A stretch of DNA of 63,852 nt, filler included, from Octopus bimaculoides (Eukaryota), in assembly GCF_001194135.2 (NCBI RefSeq). It is 5 parts of 5 records of this genome, joined end to end, with 100 filler letters (N's around TTAATTAATTAA, not from the genome) between each part and the next. Parts side by side here need not be neighbours in the genome. Positions count along the whole stretch, not along the records: positions 15,271 to 31,188 come from NC_068986.1; positions 31,289 to 51,782 come from NC_069005.1; 3 more parts are not named here. The stretch is one strand, 5' to 3'. The translations under genes were made by a program, and so were the position numbers. Positions 24,620 through 38,139 of this stretch are shown here, one piece after another. The notes below the pieces were generated by a model. That model did no database searches and was not told the DNA's origin. It worked only from the letters and a program-made list of their open reading frames with translations. Within the stretch, counting starts at the first letter, position 1; the number at the start of each line of letters is the position of its first letter.

Positions 24620-25330
24620 TACATCGATCTTGGCATTGCTTCGATGATGAAGATTAAGAATGCTGTTGTCCATGTCGTCTGCACACATGTTCATGGCTGA
24701 TAAGGCCAATGTGAGATCAACATATCTGATAACAGTGATGACAAGGGTATGGTTGTTCAGGGTCTGATGATGCAGCTGCATTATTTTTTCTTTATTTATC
24801 TTTAAGAGAGGCACTGCGAGAGATCTCAAAGGAGGAAACAACGTCACTGATGGTATGGCACCAAGCAACACGGTCAGCTATTACAGTAGACCACTCATGA
24901 TAATCAATGTCACAAATGCTAAGGGACTGCTTCAAGAAGTCTTTGTAACACTTCCTTGGTGCTCCCGTCTTGCAGTGGCCATACATGATGATCTTGGGTA
25001 GGCGGTGGTCTTTCATCCTGTCGACATGCCCTGCCCAATGCAGTCATGTCTCAAGTAAAATGGCTTCCAGGCTGCTGACCTTTGCTCACTGGAGGTCTAA
25101 GTGTTGGTATATGGGGGTCCACATAGTCACTGGATGCTGGTTGGGTGAGCACCATACTGGACTAAAACTTCCAAAGCATGATGTAAACCCCAAATCCTAC
25201 TTTGACCTCCTCATGATACCACCTGCATCTAAACCAACAGAAAAGGACGACTGTGGGTGTCTGGTGCAGTATAACCAGGCCACTCTGAGCAGATGGGGCT
25301 CATTAGCCATGATCGGCAGCCTGTCTAGGA
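24620..25330 (-). mobile_element. RTE (BovB-like) LINE 3' part
   Basis: MKDHRLPKIIMYG...GAPRKCYKDFLKQSL...DYHEWSTVIADRVAW, plus upstream YGxETW-like region. Confidence 0.8.
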
Positions 25331-25369
25331 GATGGACACTCTGATATAAAACCTATGAACCTCTCTGTC

Positions 25370-27180
25370 ATTATCCTAGCTTGCTGGGCCAAGGCAGATG
25401 AACCTCAGGTGTAAAGGATGGTGATCAGTTCTTTACGGACTGCACTTCACCTTTGAACTCCATTGTGCAGGCCAAAGGACCTGTTTATGTTCACGACCAT
25501 GATCACAACTCTCCAAGCCCTGTAATGAGGAGAAGGGGGTGAAAATGGCAGGTGGAAGATGTCACTGGAAGCCGCAGCTTCCAACCTGCATGCAGGCAGT
25601 TCGGAACATTGGTCACCTGGTGTTGAGTTGACCTAGAGATGACAACATCACTTGGCAGCATCCCGAACAACCAAGCAGCCTTATCTAGGGAGAGCACTGC
25701 TTGCTCCTATAATGAAGAGGAGTAAATGAAGGTGTGTGAATGATATATATTGGTTTGAAATGAAATGAACTGGTAAGTGATGATTTATTCTCCGTTATAA
25801 AATACAATGATTGCTATACATGAAATAAAATAACATAAAGGTTACAAAGATGTATGAGAGAACTTCATGGACTGTTGATCTAGTAGACAAGGTTGACATA
25901 TTGTTTGATGTGTGTAGAGGCAGCTGTTGGTCTGTTGGTTGTGTGATGTTCATACAGCCATGATGTAGACAGGCCTCTGCTAGAGACAAGTCGTGTGTGG
26001 TCAGTGGTGAGTGCCAAAGACCTAAAACAGTCGAGAACTGCCTTTCTTATAGAGAATTGTGGGCTCCCAGAAGCTGGTAATTAATTTCCTGTGTAAGGCA
26101 AAATAAACTGTTGCGCCAAGACAATTGGACAGCTGGAAACTGACCAATACAAACAACAGGTTTGTTTAATCTCGAGGTCATGTGACCTGCTGGAATGAAA
26201 AGACCCTGCAAAACCAATATTCGGGTATTTAAGCCTAGATGAGTCAAAATGAAAACATCTCACACAATGACAGTGTAAATCGCTTCTGCTACACTCCACA
26301 TAGAGAAGGGCCTAGAAATGGTGGCTTAAAGAAAGCTTGTTTCCTACACACCCAATTGGCAAACTGTGGTCAACGGGCATCTTCAAGCAATCGAATACAC
26401 ACAATTACAAAAAGGAAAGACTCTACACACCCTCCAAATATTGCCAACGCTCTGAAGATCGCATGTTGGAACGTCAGAAGCATTCTTGACTCAGGTGACA
26501 GAGGTCACCCAGAACACTGATCCACTCTCATTGCACATGAACTGTCCAGGCTAGATATTGATATCGCAGCCCTTAGCGAAGTCTGGCTCCCAAAGGAAGG
26601 CAACTAGAAAGAACATGGTGCTGATTACACCCTATATTGGTCAAGCTGTCAAATGCTGTCTCAATGTAGTTTAAATAATCAATTCTAAGAATAGAAGGGG
26701 AAACAAAAATGTCTACCTATTTGTTGTGGAAAGTAAGTAAACTGGATATTTATCCCAAAGCCCTAGTTATCCCCATCAGAAAGACACCATTCAGGTGTCG
26801 GTTTCATGATAAGAAACTCCATTACCTCAAAGCTGGAAACCCTACCAGCAGGTCATTCTGACCACATCATCTCTATGCGCCTCCCTCTGAAAAACTTGCA
26901 GCATGCCACAATCTTCAGCAGAACCAGCGGACAATGAAAACTTCTACTCAGACCTGTGCAGACTCTTCCAGGGAAACCCTGTCGATGATAAGGTCTTAAT
27001 CCTAGGAGATTTCGATGCCAGCGTGAAGTTGGGAGCTGCAACAACGGGCAACTCTTGCTTGAGTTTTGCACCAAACATCAGCTCATCTTCACCAGTACCA
27101 TCTTCCAGCAAAGAGACAGTATGAAAACAACTAGGATGCATCCCCGATCAAAAAACTGGCACCTCCTTGACTATGTACTG
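25370..27180 (+). mobile_element. RTE (BovB-like) LINE 5' part with AP-endonuclease domain, interrupted at about 26647-26777
   Basis: LKIACWNVRSILDS...IAHELSRLDIDIAALSEV...YTLYWS...HSGVGFMI...KVLILGDFDASV...WHLLDYVL. Confidence 0.8.
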
Positions 27181-27564
27181 GCATCTCCTTGACTGTGTAT
27201 AACACAAAGATATATAACTAGATATAGAAAAGCACTTAGCCAGGTATATATGTCTTACAATAAGCCTCTACAATTTACAAGCCCAAAGCTTGTCACTAGG
27301 AAAGACAACTCTCCTATAGTGCTTTACTGCTTATAGGGTAGAATTATACCACTCTACAGTACTTATTTAGAGCTAGATTGACTCAGCCATTATGAGTTAA
27401 GGGTCTTCACTAGAGTTGGTAAATTACAATTCACATGTCAAATGTAGACTGTGGTCTCATTTCATCTAGCCCATAAACTTTATTGAATAAGTGACACTGC
27501 ATATAAAATTGTTTTCATTATCTATCTTTGGTATCATTTTACAGAGGTCTCAAGTGAATCAATA

Positions 27565-27778
27565 TCAATAAACTTCATAAAAAATTAAATTTCTCCAGTT
27601 GCAATATTTTTGGAGAACAACTGAGACTAGCACCACTTCAAATGCTGCCTCAATGTAGTTTAAATAATCAATTCTAAAAATAGAAGGAACAACAAAAATG
27701 TCTACTTGTTTGTTGTGGAAAGCAAGTAAACTGGCTGGCACCATATTTATCCCAAAGCCATAGTTGTCGCCATTCATC
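27565..27778 (-). CDS. Candidate terminal exon (MNGDNYGFGINMVPASLLAFHNKQVDIFVVPSIFRIDYLNYIEAAFEVVL...EVY*)
   Basis: Acceptor catttttaattag|; 70-codon open frame; phase compatible with the 28-nt exon at 29215-29242. Confidence 0.33.
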
Positions 27779-29214
27779 CTAATTAAAAATGTTTTAACTC
27801 ATCACTGCATACTGTGTCATATACATCACATACAAACTTTTGTAATTCTTTCATTACAACAGGTGACATTTAAAAAAAATTTGTTAGTATTTCTATAGCC
27901 TTGTACAATCATTTCATTTTTCACTTTAACCCACAAAACATAAAAGCATTTCCAATCCAGCCCACTGCTAGAGAAGTTTGCCAGCCCCTGGTCTTGATGT
28001 GGACACAATATATTGGTTTCAAATTTAGGCACAAGGCCAGCAACTTCAGGTGTTCAATCCCAGTGTTCAATCTCTTCTTATTTTATTGACCCTGAAAGGA
28101 TAAAAAACAAAGTCAACATCGGCAGAATTCAAACTGAGAATGTAAGGACAGACAAAATGCATCTCACCCAGCGTGCTAACGATTCTGCTAGCTCACCACC
28201 TTATATGTCCTTTAAGTACAGTCATATATATTCTCTTAGCAAGCATACTACTCTAAAATTCAGCATTGTCATATTCTTCATTTCAACTGACAAGACAAAA
28301 AAAATTCTTAGTATAATTTTTAACAATATTGTACTATAGTATGGAATTTCATCTATATTGCTCTGTCAATAGTTATTTTGTGGGTTTTTTAAAATACTTT
28401 TACTAGTTTTGGACATTGGATTGTGTCAATGCTGATACACCACCTTCTAAAGTATTGTCATTTAACATCAACCAATACTTATGGCAAAATATGACACAGT
28501 AGGAAGGAAGTCACCACATAAAAGAATATAATCAAATAAAGCAAGTTATTTTATCCAATGCTCTTTCAATTCTGTCATCAATATGTTATTTAAGCACAAA
28601 CTGAATTGCTCAGTGTAACAGCTTCTTGAGTCCTAATTATTTAAGTCTAAGGTGCCATGTGCTAACAGAAAACTTGCTGTGAGTCTGGCACCTTTAAAAT
28701 ACAATGCAAAATTTATTTTATTTTTATCATGTAGTATGAGGAAATTCAAGTAAAGGTAAAATAAAAATGTATTGTTTTATTTAGCAGTTTCACTGGCATT
28801 TTAGAGGAAGCATAAAGAATAGAGGAAGACATTGTGAAAGAGGTGTCTGCTTCTAGATATGTAGGTAGGTAGGTAGGTGGGTGTTTAAGTAAGTTGATAG
28901 GTAAATGGGTAGGTAGGCATGTAGGTAGATATGCAGATAAGCAGATAGGTAGGTAGGTAGGTAGGTAGGTAGGTGGTAAAATTGTGTTGTCATAACGAAA
29001 AATTGTGGCCATGAACAGCATTAACACCTATGTGAACTCAGCTCAACCAGTCAAATCAGCTGGTATATGACCAAGTGAGCTAAAATCTTCATACCAAATA
29101 GCCTGGACAACTTTGTTGTGTTATTAAAAAAAACTGACAAATTGATCCTAGGCTGAGTCAACCAGAAGTTAATAATGGAGTCAAGTTGCTCTGCTCTTTG
29201 AGATGCTTACTCAC

Positions 29215-29242
29215 CCACCTCTATGCTTTCTAACAGAATGAC
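29215..29242 (-). CDS. Candidate 28-nt exon (xHSVRKHRG(G))
   Basis: Acceptor ttcattgttgtgctatag| and strong donor TGG|gtgagt; chance occurrence possible. Confidence 0.25.
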
Positions 29243-31188
29243 CTATAGCACAACAATGAACTATGTCACTCATGCCATTATAAGTGTTCTCGATTTTTCT
29301 ACTTTTTTTTTACCAAGAATGACTCAAGATGCTCCTCAAAGTTATGCCAATCAGCTTTTTGATAAGGTGTTGTAATTCATTCTTAATAATTATGAACTGT
29401 TTCAAATGTCGATTTAGCCTTTCATCCTTTTGGAGTTGATAAAATAAGTACCAGTTGAGCACTGAAATCGATGCAGTCAACTTACCCACACCCACGAAAT
29501 TACAACCAATAATTATGAACTGTCTTCATGATACTATTTAGCATATTATGCAGTGAAAACTTATACTTATTCCATTTGATATCACTTGAATGCTGTTCTA
29601 TTTCTTTACCTTTTCTATGCAAAAGTTCCAGGTTAATAAAAGTTATGGAAACTTATATAAATGTAAGTGTGGTCAATATAAATGTAACATGCAGCCTACC
29701 AAATGCTGTTATTCATGAATAATTATTTAACAAACTTAACAACCACTCTAAAATGGTGACCTTAGATGACAAAAACAAACCATGAACAAAATGGAGAGCT
29801 TCAATGCTATCACTAAATTAGTCATCCAACAACTCTACCTTAAACATGATGACCTCCACAAACCCTCTACAAATGCTGGACTTGAATGAATACAATTTGA
29901 TGAACTGGCAAATAATATTTTCAGGCCAATATCAATACTGATCTAATGCTGTGTTGGTATATTTTCATACATCCAAACATATAGCCACTGTAAATAATGG
30001 CTTTTGACTGCTATTTCTAGCTAATTTTCAGTGTTTACAACAACCCTTTTCCCTGCATGGTGGTTTTCTAATATTCTTTTACTTGTTTCAGTCATTTGAC
30101 AGCGGCCATGCTGGAGCACTGCCTTGAAGAGTTTTAGTCAAACAAACTGACCCCCAGATTTATTCTTTGTAAGCCTAGTACTTATTCTATCAGTCTCTTT
30201 TGCCAAACTGCTAAAAACATAAACACACCAACATCGGTTGTCAAGCGATGGTGGTGGTGGTAGTGGTGGAGGGACAAACACAGACACACACACACATCTT
30301 ATAATAATTCAGCTTGTCACTGCATTACTTAGCCCGTTGGTAAGGCGCTGCTTTCACGTTATTAGGGAAGAGGGAGGGAGGGAGTGAGAAATGTCCATGA
30401 TGTGAGGTAGATGGAATGTAATCAAAATGCTTTCACATGATTAGTTGAAAGGAAAGAGGCAGAAAGAAAAAGGAGAGAGAAAAAGAGGATAAGGCAAAGA
30501 GTGAGATAGAAAGAGGGAGAGAAGTGTCCATGATGTGAGGCAGGGGGAATGTAATATTTATTACGTGGTTAAAAAAGTTAGGTCAAGGTAGAGGAGGAGA
30601 GTTAAAAATATAATTTTAGCAGAGGGGTGATGTTCTGATGGTGAGATTAAAGAAAGGCAGAGAGAGAGAGTGGGGGGGGGAGAAAGATGATGGTGGTGAT
30701 GATTGAATAGTGAAAAGGGTATTTTTTTTAATTGAACTAAGTTTTTTTATATCACCTGTCACTTAGCACATGCGCATAAGTGCAATTCCGTGAAATATTC
30801 ATGCTTATTCACGTAGCAGATATATGCAAGGTTGTATCACATGTACAGGATAATTTTTTGTTGTTGTTGATGAGAAAAATGGAAAAATAAGAGTGAATAT
30901 TTATTTTATGAGTGGTGTGTATTGCGTGCATTAAATAATCATCATATTCCAATTTCTTTCACTTTTCAACAAGTAGCAGATGAGTGACTATCTTTCTATA
31001 CACAACACAGGCTACGCTTTCAGGTTTTTTGGATAAAGTTTTCAGAAATAACCCAATAGGTTTACCATTACATTAAAAACATGAAATATCCACAGTAAAT
31101 ATAAATATATATATAACCTTTATTAATTAATTGATTAATTTTATCCTTTTATTATTTATTATTATTGAAATATATATATATATATATA

Positions 31189-31288
31189 NNNNNNNNNNNN
31201 NNNNNNNNNNNNNNNNNNNNNNNNNNNNNNNNTTAATTAATTAANNNNNNNNNNNNNNNNNNNNNNNNNNNNNNNNNNNNNNNNNNNN
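31189..31288. other. Artificial scaffold-join spacer
   Basis: Same 44N-TTAATTAATTAA-44N layout. Confidence 0.95.
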
Positions 31289-33165
31289 TAGTATGCACAC
31301 TGACATTACACATCCATCGGAGCATATTGGCTTCATTCCTTGCGAGCCTACGCATGTCCTCAGCAGTCACAGCCCATGTTTCACTGCCATGAAGCATGGC
31401 TGTTCGTACACATGTGTCATACAGTCTGCCTTTTACTCTGAGTGAGAGTCCCCTTGTCACCAGCAGAGGTAAGAGCTCTCTGAACTTTGCCCAGGCAATT
31501 CTTATTCTAGCAGCTACACTTTCAGCGCACCTTCCCCCACTACTAACTTGGTCACCTAGATAGCGGAAGCTATCAACTACCTCTAGTTTTTCTCCCTGGA
31601 ATGTGACAGAAGTGGTTTTCTGTACATTTACAGTCTTTATAGCTCCTGAACATCTGCTACATACAAAAACTAATTTCCTAGTTAACCTGCCTCTGATATT
31701 GCTGCACCTCTTATGTGTCCATAGACTCCACTGGGTGCATCTTATAGAGTTTCTACCTACGCCTTTGCTACAGATTGAGCAGGGCCATCTACCTGAAGGG
31801 GTTTGTGTGTTGCCTACCTTCCTACTTATTAGGACTTTGGTTTTAGCTAGGTTGACTCTAAGGCCCTTCAAGTCTAGTCCACACCTGAAACTTCTCCTCT
31901 AGTTCTGATAGTGACTCAGCAATTAGTGCAAGGTCATCAGCATAGAGGAGCTCCCAGGGGCATCTTGTCTTGAATTCCTTTTTTATCGCCTGGAGGACTA
32001 TGATAAATAGGACGGGGCTGAGGACCGAACCTTGGTGGACCCCTACCTCCACCCGGAATTCTTCACTGTACTCATTGCCAACCCTCACCTTACTGACAGC
32101 GTCTCTGTACATGGCTCGCACAGCTCTCACTAACCATTCATCTAACCCTAGTTTCCTCATTGACCACCAGATAAGGGATCGGGGGACCCTGTCAAAGGCT
32201 TTCACCATGTCAACGAAAGCCAGGTACAGAGGTTTATCTTTGGCTAGGTATTTCTCCTGAAGCTGTCTTACCAGAAATATAGCATCAGTGGTGCTTTTCC
32301 CTGGCACAAACCCAAACTGCATCTCATCTAAACTAACTCTATCCCTAATTAGTTGGGCTAGGACCCTCTCCGTGACTTTCATCACCTGATCTAACAACTT
32401 GATACCTCTGTAATTATTTGTATCTAAAGCGTTACCTTTACCTTTGTAGCAGTTGACTATGGTGCTGCTACACCAGTCATTCGGTATGACTCCTTCATGT
32501 ATCACCTGGTTAACAATACGGGTGACTAGGCTATAGCCGACACTGCCAGATATTTTGAGCATTTCTGCAGTGATTCCTGAAGGGCCAGGGGCTTTCCCTT
32601 TCTTCATACTCTTAATAGCTTTATCTACCATGGTACTGTCAACTCGGATAGCTGGTCCCTCTATCGGGTCGACATTCGGCAGACTCTCTTTCTCTCATTT
32701 GTTCTCTTTATTAAGCAATCTTTTCGTAGTCGCGTCTCCAAACCACTTTCTTTGCAGCCTCGATTAGTGCAAGCGTACCATCATCCATGCGAACACATTT
32801 CTCTCCGACAACATCACAATTCTCTCTCACACACTGTCTTGCAACACGAAATACCTCAAGTCTTCGGTCCTCACGGCACAGAACATTGGCAAATTTTTTC
32901 TGATCTGCTTCCCCTCTGGCTAAATAAACCTGTCGCTTAGCTTCCCTTCTGGCAGTCTGATACAGTTCCCTGCTACCACCGTTCTTCCAGTCCTTCCAAG
33001 CCTGTTTCTTTTGTGTAATAGCCATGTGAACAACATTGTTCCACCACCACGTTATTTTGGGTCGAGAGGGGACTTTGCACCAACCACAGATCTTTTCAGT
33101 GGCCTTCAGCAGGTTGTCCCGTAGAAACTTACAGTTGTCTTCTACATCGTGTGAAGCTACTTCCC
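31289..33165 (-). mobile_element. RTE LINE, RT domain, young copy
   Basis: ORFs 31858-32631 and 31233-31871: KAPGPSGITAEMLK, NYRGIKLLD, FVDMVKAFDRV, GVHQGSVLSP, LLYADD, FRYLG. Confidence 0.95.
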
Positions 33166-34690
33166 CTTCTGCAGAGATGCTCATAATATCTGGCAGTGTT
33201 GGCTATAACCTAGTCACCCGTATAATTAACCAGGTGATACACGAAGGAGTCATACACAATGACTGGTGTAGCAGCACCATAGTCAACTGCTACAATGGTA
33301 AAGGTGACGCTTTTGATACAAATAATTACAGAGGCATCAAGTTGTTGGATCAGGTAATGAAAGTCACGGAGAGGGTCCTAGCCCAACTAATTAGGGAGAT
33401 AGTCAGTTTAGATGAGATGCAGTTTGGGTTTGTGCCAGGGAAAAACACCACTGATGCTATATTTCTGGTAAGACAGCTTCAGGAGAAATACCTAGCCAAA
33501 GATAAACCTCTGTACCTGGCTTTCGTTGACATGGAGAAAGCCTTTGACAGGGTCCCTCGATTCCCCGATCTCTTATCTGGTGGTCAATGAGGAAACTAGG
33601 GATAGATGAATGGTTAGTGAGAGCTGTACGAGCCATGTACAGGGACACTGTCAGTAAGGTGATGGTTGGCAACGAGTACAGTGAAGAATTCCGGGTAGAG
33701 GTAGGGGTCCACCAAGGTTCAGTCCTCAGCCCCCTCCTATTTATCATAGTCCTCCAGGTGATAACAAAGGAATTCAAGACAGGATGCCCCTTGGAGCTCC
33801 TCTATACTGAGGACCTTGCTCTAACTGCTGAGTCACTATCAGACCTAGGTGTAAAGTTTCAGGTGTGGAAGCAAGGATTAGAATCGAAGGGCCTTAGAGT
33901 CAACCTAGCTAAAACCAAGTCTTAATAAGTAGGAAGGCAAACAAACCACAAATCCCTTCAGGTAGATGGCCCTGCTCGATTTGTAGAAAAGGCATAGGTA
34001 GAAACTCCATAAGATGTACCCAGTGTAAGCTAGGGACACATAAGAGGTGCAGCAATATCAAAGGCTAACTAGGAAGATAGTTTTTGTATGTGGCAGATAC
34101 TCACGAGCAATAAACACTGAAATTGTGCAAAGAACAACTTCTGCCACATTCCAGGGAGAAAAACTAGAGATAGTTGATAGCTTCCGCTATCTGGGTGACC
34201 AAGTTAGTAGTGGGGGAGGGTACACTGAAAGTGTAGCTGCTAGAATAAGAATAGCCTGGGCGAAGTTCTGAGAGCTCTTACCTCTGCTTGTGACAAAAGG
34301 CCTCTCGCCCAGAGTAAAAGGCAGACTGTATGACGCATGTGTACGAACAGACATGCTACATGACAGTAAAACATGGGCCGTGACTCCTGAGGTCATGCGT
34401 AAGCTTGCAAGAAATGAAGCCAGTATGCTCCAATGGATGTGTAATGTCAGTGTGCATACTCAACAGAGTGTAAGTACCTTGAGAGAAAAGTTGGACCTAA
34501 GAAGCATCAGTTGTGGTGTGCAAGAGAGACGATTGCGTTGGTATGGTCATGTGGTGAGAATGGATGAGGATAGCTGTGTGAAAAAGTGCCACACCCTAGC
34601 AGTTGAGGGAACCTGTAGAAGAGGTAGACCTAGGAAGACCTGGGATGAGGTGGTGAAGGACGACCTTCGAACATTAGGCCTCACCGAGGC
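33166..34690 (+). mobile_element. RTE LINE, same family, opposite orientation, 5' end abutting the previous copy
   Basis: ORFs 33036-33590, 33587-33925, 34047-34271 and 34290-34871 repeat the same RT-to-C-terminus peptides with stops and frameshifts. Confidence 0.95.
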
Positions 34691-35306
34691 NNNNNNNNNN
34701 NNNNNNNNNNNNNNNNNNNNNNNNNNNNNNNNNNNNNNNNNNNNNNNNNNNNNNNNNNNNNNNNNNNNNNNNNNNNNNNNNNNNNNNNNNATACAGAATA
34801 CCGAAAGGATCTTCACCTCTTACATCACACCCTTCTTCCTCCTTCAACGCCGAGGTGGTATAATTTCCTGAGAGAGAAATAATTTTGCGGCTGAGGATAG
34901 CTTTACATTGTAAATTATACACATATTATATTATACACATATAAAGCTTGAAACATGTGTACCGCGGAATCCTTTGTAGTTTTGTTGTTATTTTTTGGAT
35001 TTACAATTTATAAACATATATATATATATATATCAAGCCATACCAACATGGAAAACGGACGTTAAATGATGATGATGATGATAGATAGATAGATAGATAG
35101 ATAGACTGATAGACAGGCAGGCAGACATGGCCTAATGATGAGAGCATTAGGCTCATTGTTGCAGGTTCATTTTCTGCACGAATTTTACACAATGTGTCCC
35201 TGAGTTTGGCACTTCATTCGCATTGTTCCAGTCAACTGAGCTTAAAATGAGTACCAGCCATCTGTTGGTTTGTCTTTGTTTATTTATTTATTTATTTCTC
35301 TTTCAG

Positions 35307-35429
35307 GGATCAAAATGGTGGCAGACATCAGACAATCCATGGCAAACTCTGGCTTGTTGTATGGAAATAACTGAAGCTATTAGATCTCCTAACCCTTCAG
35401 AATTTATTAGTCACTTACCAGTACATCAG
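35307..35429 (+). CDS. POLRMT: Mitochondrial DNA-directed RNA polymerase, internal exon (GSKWWQTSDNPWQTLACCMEITEAIRSPNPSEFISHLPVHQ)
   Basis: Acceptor tttctctttcag| and donor |gtatag; 123 nt, phase 0-0. Matches the recalled POLRMT segment GRKWW...PWQTLACCME...SHLPVHQ and splices in frame to the [10 protein letters not shown] exon. Confidence 0.95.
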
Positions 35430-36869
35430 GTATAGTATGCATAGTTTGTATATACCTTTCACAAACCTCTGCAAATTTTGTTACCGTCTATACATACACA
35501 CACAAACACCTACATATAATTGTGCAGGAACCATCCTAAGGAAGTTGTGGAAACCTGTTAGGTAATATAAATATTGTCTCTGAAAACATAATCTTCAGCA
35601 ACAACTTCCAACAACACAATTGGTTATTGTACACTTTTTAATCTATTTACACGCCTTTTATCCCATACACCTACATCCTACACTTTTTCTCACTTTCTTT
35701 GTTTACTCGCTTGCCTTGATGGTGGTGGTGGTGGTGATTACAATGGCTATTTATGTTGTTGAGGCAAATAGTTATTGTCTTCTGATACAGTATTTTATAG
35801 CACTGAGCTATCAGTAAAATGTGCTTGATCATCTGGGAAGTCCAGCCTCAAACCACTGATCATCAATCATTCAAACTGACTGAGTGCAGGCACCAGATCA
35901 ATATGATTCTCAGACTTCAATCCACCACTAATTGTCTCAGTCTGCCTTAACATTGGCTCTGCATTCTGAATCTGATTACAAGCTGTTGGTGATGATTGAC
36001 GTGTGTGTGTGTGTGTGTGTGTGTATCATCATCTTTTAACCTCCATCTTCGATACTAGCATGAGCTGGGTGGTCTGACAGGATCTACATCACGCTCCAGT
36101 GTTTGCTGTGGGATAGTTTGCATGGTTAAATGTCCTCCTTAATGCCAACCTCTTCACAGAAAGTACTGGGTGCTCTGTGTATGGGCACCAGCATTAGTGA
36201 GGTCACCATGTAACTTACAATACTAAGATCACTCTCAGCCGAATGGGGCTATAGTTGGGAGGGAGATAGCTTTACGCTAGTGATGAAAGGTTAGAGTATG
36301 AAGGAAGGGGCCAGAGCAGGTTTCTTTCTGTAGAAGAGAGACATGGCAGCTCACATTATACAAGAGTGGATGAGAGTAATCAGCATGGAGCTGGAAAAGG
36401 AAATAAAGATAGTAGTGAAAAACTGTAAGGGCAGGCCCTGGGGCATGAGAATAGGAAATAAGACTGCATAGATGTAGTTAGTGAGAAATGGAATAAGGAT
36501 GTGACTATACTGAATGATGAACAGTTCAGGAGGGTGAAAAGCACCAAGATAGAGAGAGATGACATGTAGGTGGGCATGTTGCAAGACTGAGTGGAGAGAA
36601 GTTAAAAGTGTGTGAATAGAGAGAAAGAAGTTATGTATGGTGATATGATCAAGTCAAAAAGAAGAGAAGGTGAGGGGGAGAAAATTTGGAGTGATCAATG
36701 TAAAATGTAAGTGAAGAGGGACAATGTAAGAATGAAGAATGGAAATATATTGAAGTGGTTCCAGATAACGAGAAAGTTAACAGGTATCACAGAAAAGATG
36801 ATAAAATATCTAGTTCTCACCTCATTTAAGTATAGCAGCAGAATACTATAGTTAAACAAGTGATACAGA

Positions 36870-37320
36870 GATCAGTGATAGAAAATGAAGGTGTGGAGGG
36901 GCAATTTCATGGGAAAATTGAAGGGCTCAACTGTACATATAGGCATTATGCTTCCAGAACATCAATCTCACAGGGATGAGCAGGTTTTCTCAAACACTAG
37001 TTGTCCTGTCCTTTCGCGTCTCCACTATAAGATTCGAATTTCTGAGATCTACCTTCACCACTTTGTCCCATATCTTTTTGGGTCTCCCTCTTCTTTATAC
37101 AGCTGCTCTCATCCATACACATCACAAGACTATACCATTGCAGTCTTCCCTTTTGCTCGCAACATCGGATTCTTCTTATGCCCAATTCTTCTCTCAACAC
37201 ATTTACACTTTGTCATTCATGCACACTGACATTGCACATCCATCAGAGCATGCTAGCTTCATTTCTTTCAGGTATTTACATATCCTCTGCATTGAGGGTC
37301 CATGTCTCACTACCATGTAG
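36870..37320 (-). mobile_element. RTE LINE 3' fragment, degenerate
   Basis: LREELGIRRIRCCEQKGRLQWYSLVMCMDESSCIKK matches the C-terminus of the 34290-34690 copy. Confidence 0.7.
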
Positions 37321-38016
37321 GTTTTCTGTCAGATTTTAGGATGAGTTATTCCAGTTGTTAACATAGCTCTCTGTGATTGAATTTACATGTGAGTGGCTGA
37401 GTTGCAGGTAACATCTGACAGGCTTCCACACAATTTCTATGTACCCACTTTCACTCATAAGGCTTAGGTCAACCGAAGATGCCATGCTAGTGTGTGTGTG
37501 TGTGTTTACATAGTAGCTGTGTTCATATAAAACTCTTCATCACTACACAACAGACATCATCAGGTGGTAAGCCACTGCATCATAGCCATTTTATCATCAG
37601 CAGCATTGTCCATGCTTGCATGGGTCAGATGGAATTAATTGAGGTAGATTTTCTATGGCAGGATGCCTTTCCTGTCACTAATCCTCACCTGTTTCCAAGC
37701 AAGTCAATATTTCCCATGACTTGATTATGTTTTCCACAGAAGACTGGAAACACACAACATTGCTTGTATGACAGTGTAGTCATTTTTACAATCATCCCCT
37801 GTTGTTAAGACAGGAGTACACATGCACGCATGCACACAATGGGCTTCTTTCACTTTCTGTCAACCAAATCTATTCACAAGACTTTGCTTGACTTGGAGCT
37901 TTAATAGAAGACACTTGACCAAACTGCCATCCTATGGAACTGAACTTGAGATCACATAGTCAAGAAGCCAGTGTCTTAACCATACCTCCCTGTCATCTTT
38001 GCTTTATTTTCTTTAG

Positions 38017-38139
38017 GATGGATCCTGTAATGGTCTTCAGCATTATGCTGCTCTTGGACGTGACCAGGCTGGAGCTGAGTCAGTGAACCTCTGCTCATTC
38101 AACCACCCTAAAGATGTCTACAGTGATATTTGTGAGCTG
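38017..38139 (+). CDS. POLRMT: POLRMT internal exon with catalytic motif A ([41 protein letters not shown])
   Basis: Acceptor ttattttctttag|, donor |gtaagg; 123 nt, phase 0-0. [10 protein letters not shown] is the signature of T7-like single-subunit RNA polymerases. Not in the ORF track because it is short and lacks a start codon. Confidence 0.97.

Noticed and set aside
32000-34400. ADAR-type A-to-G bias between the two RTE arms
   Set aside because: Differences inspected by eye over a few hundred bases were mixed in type and direction.
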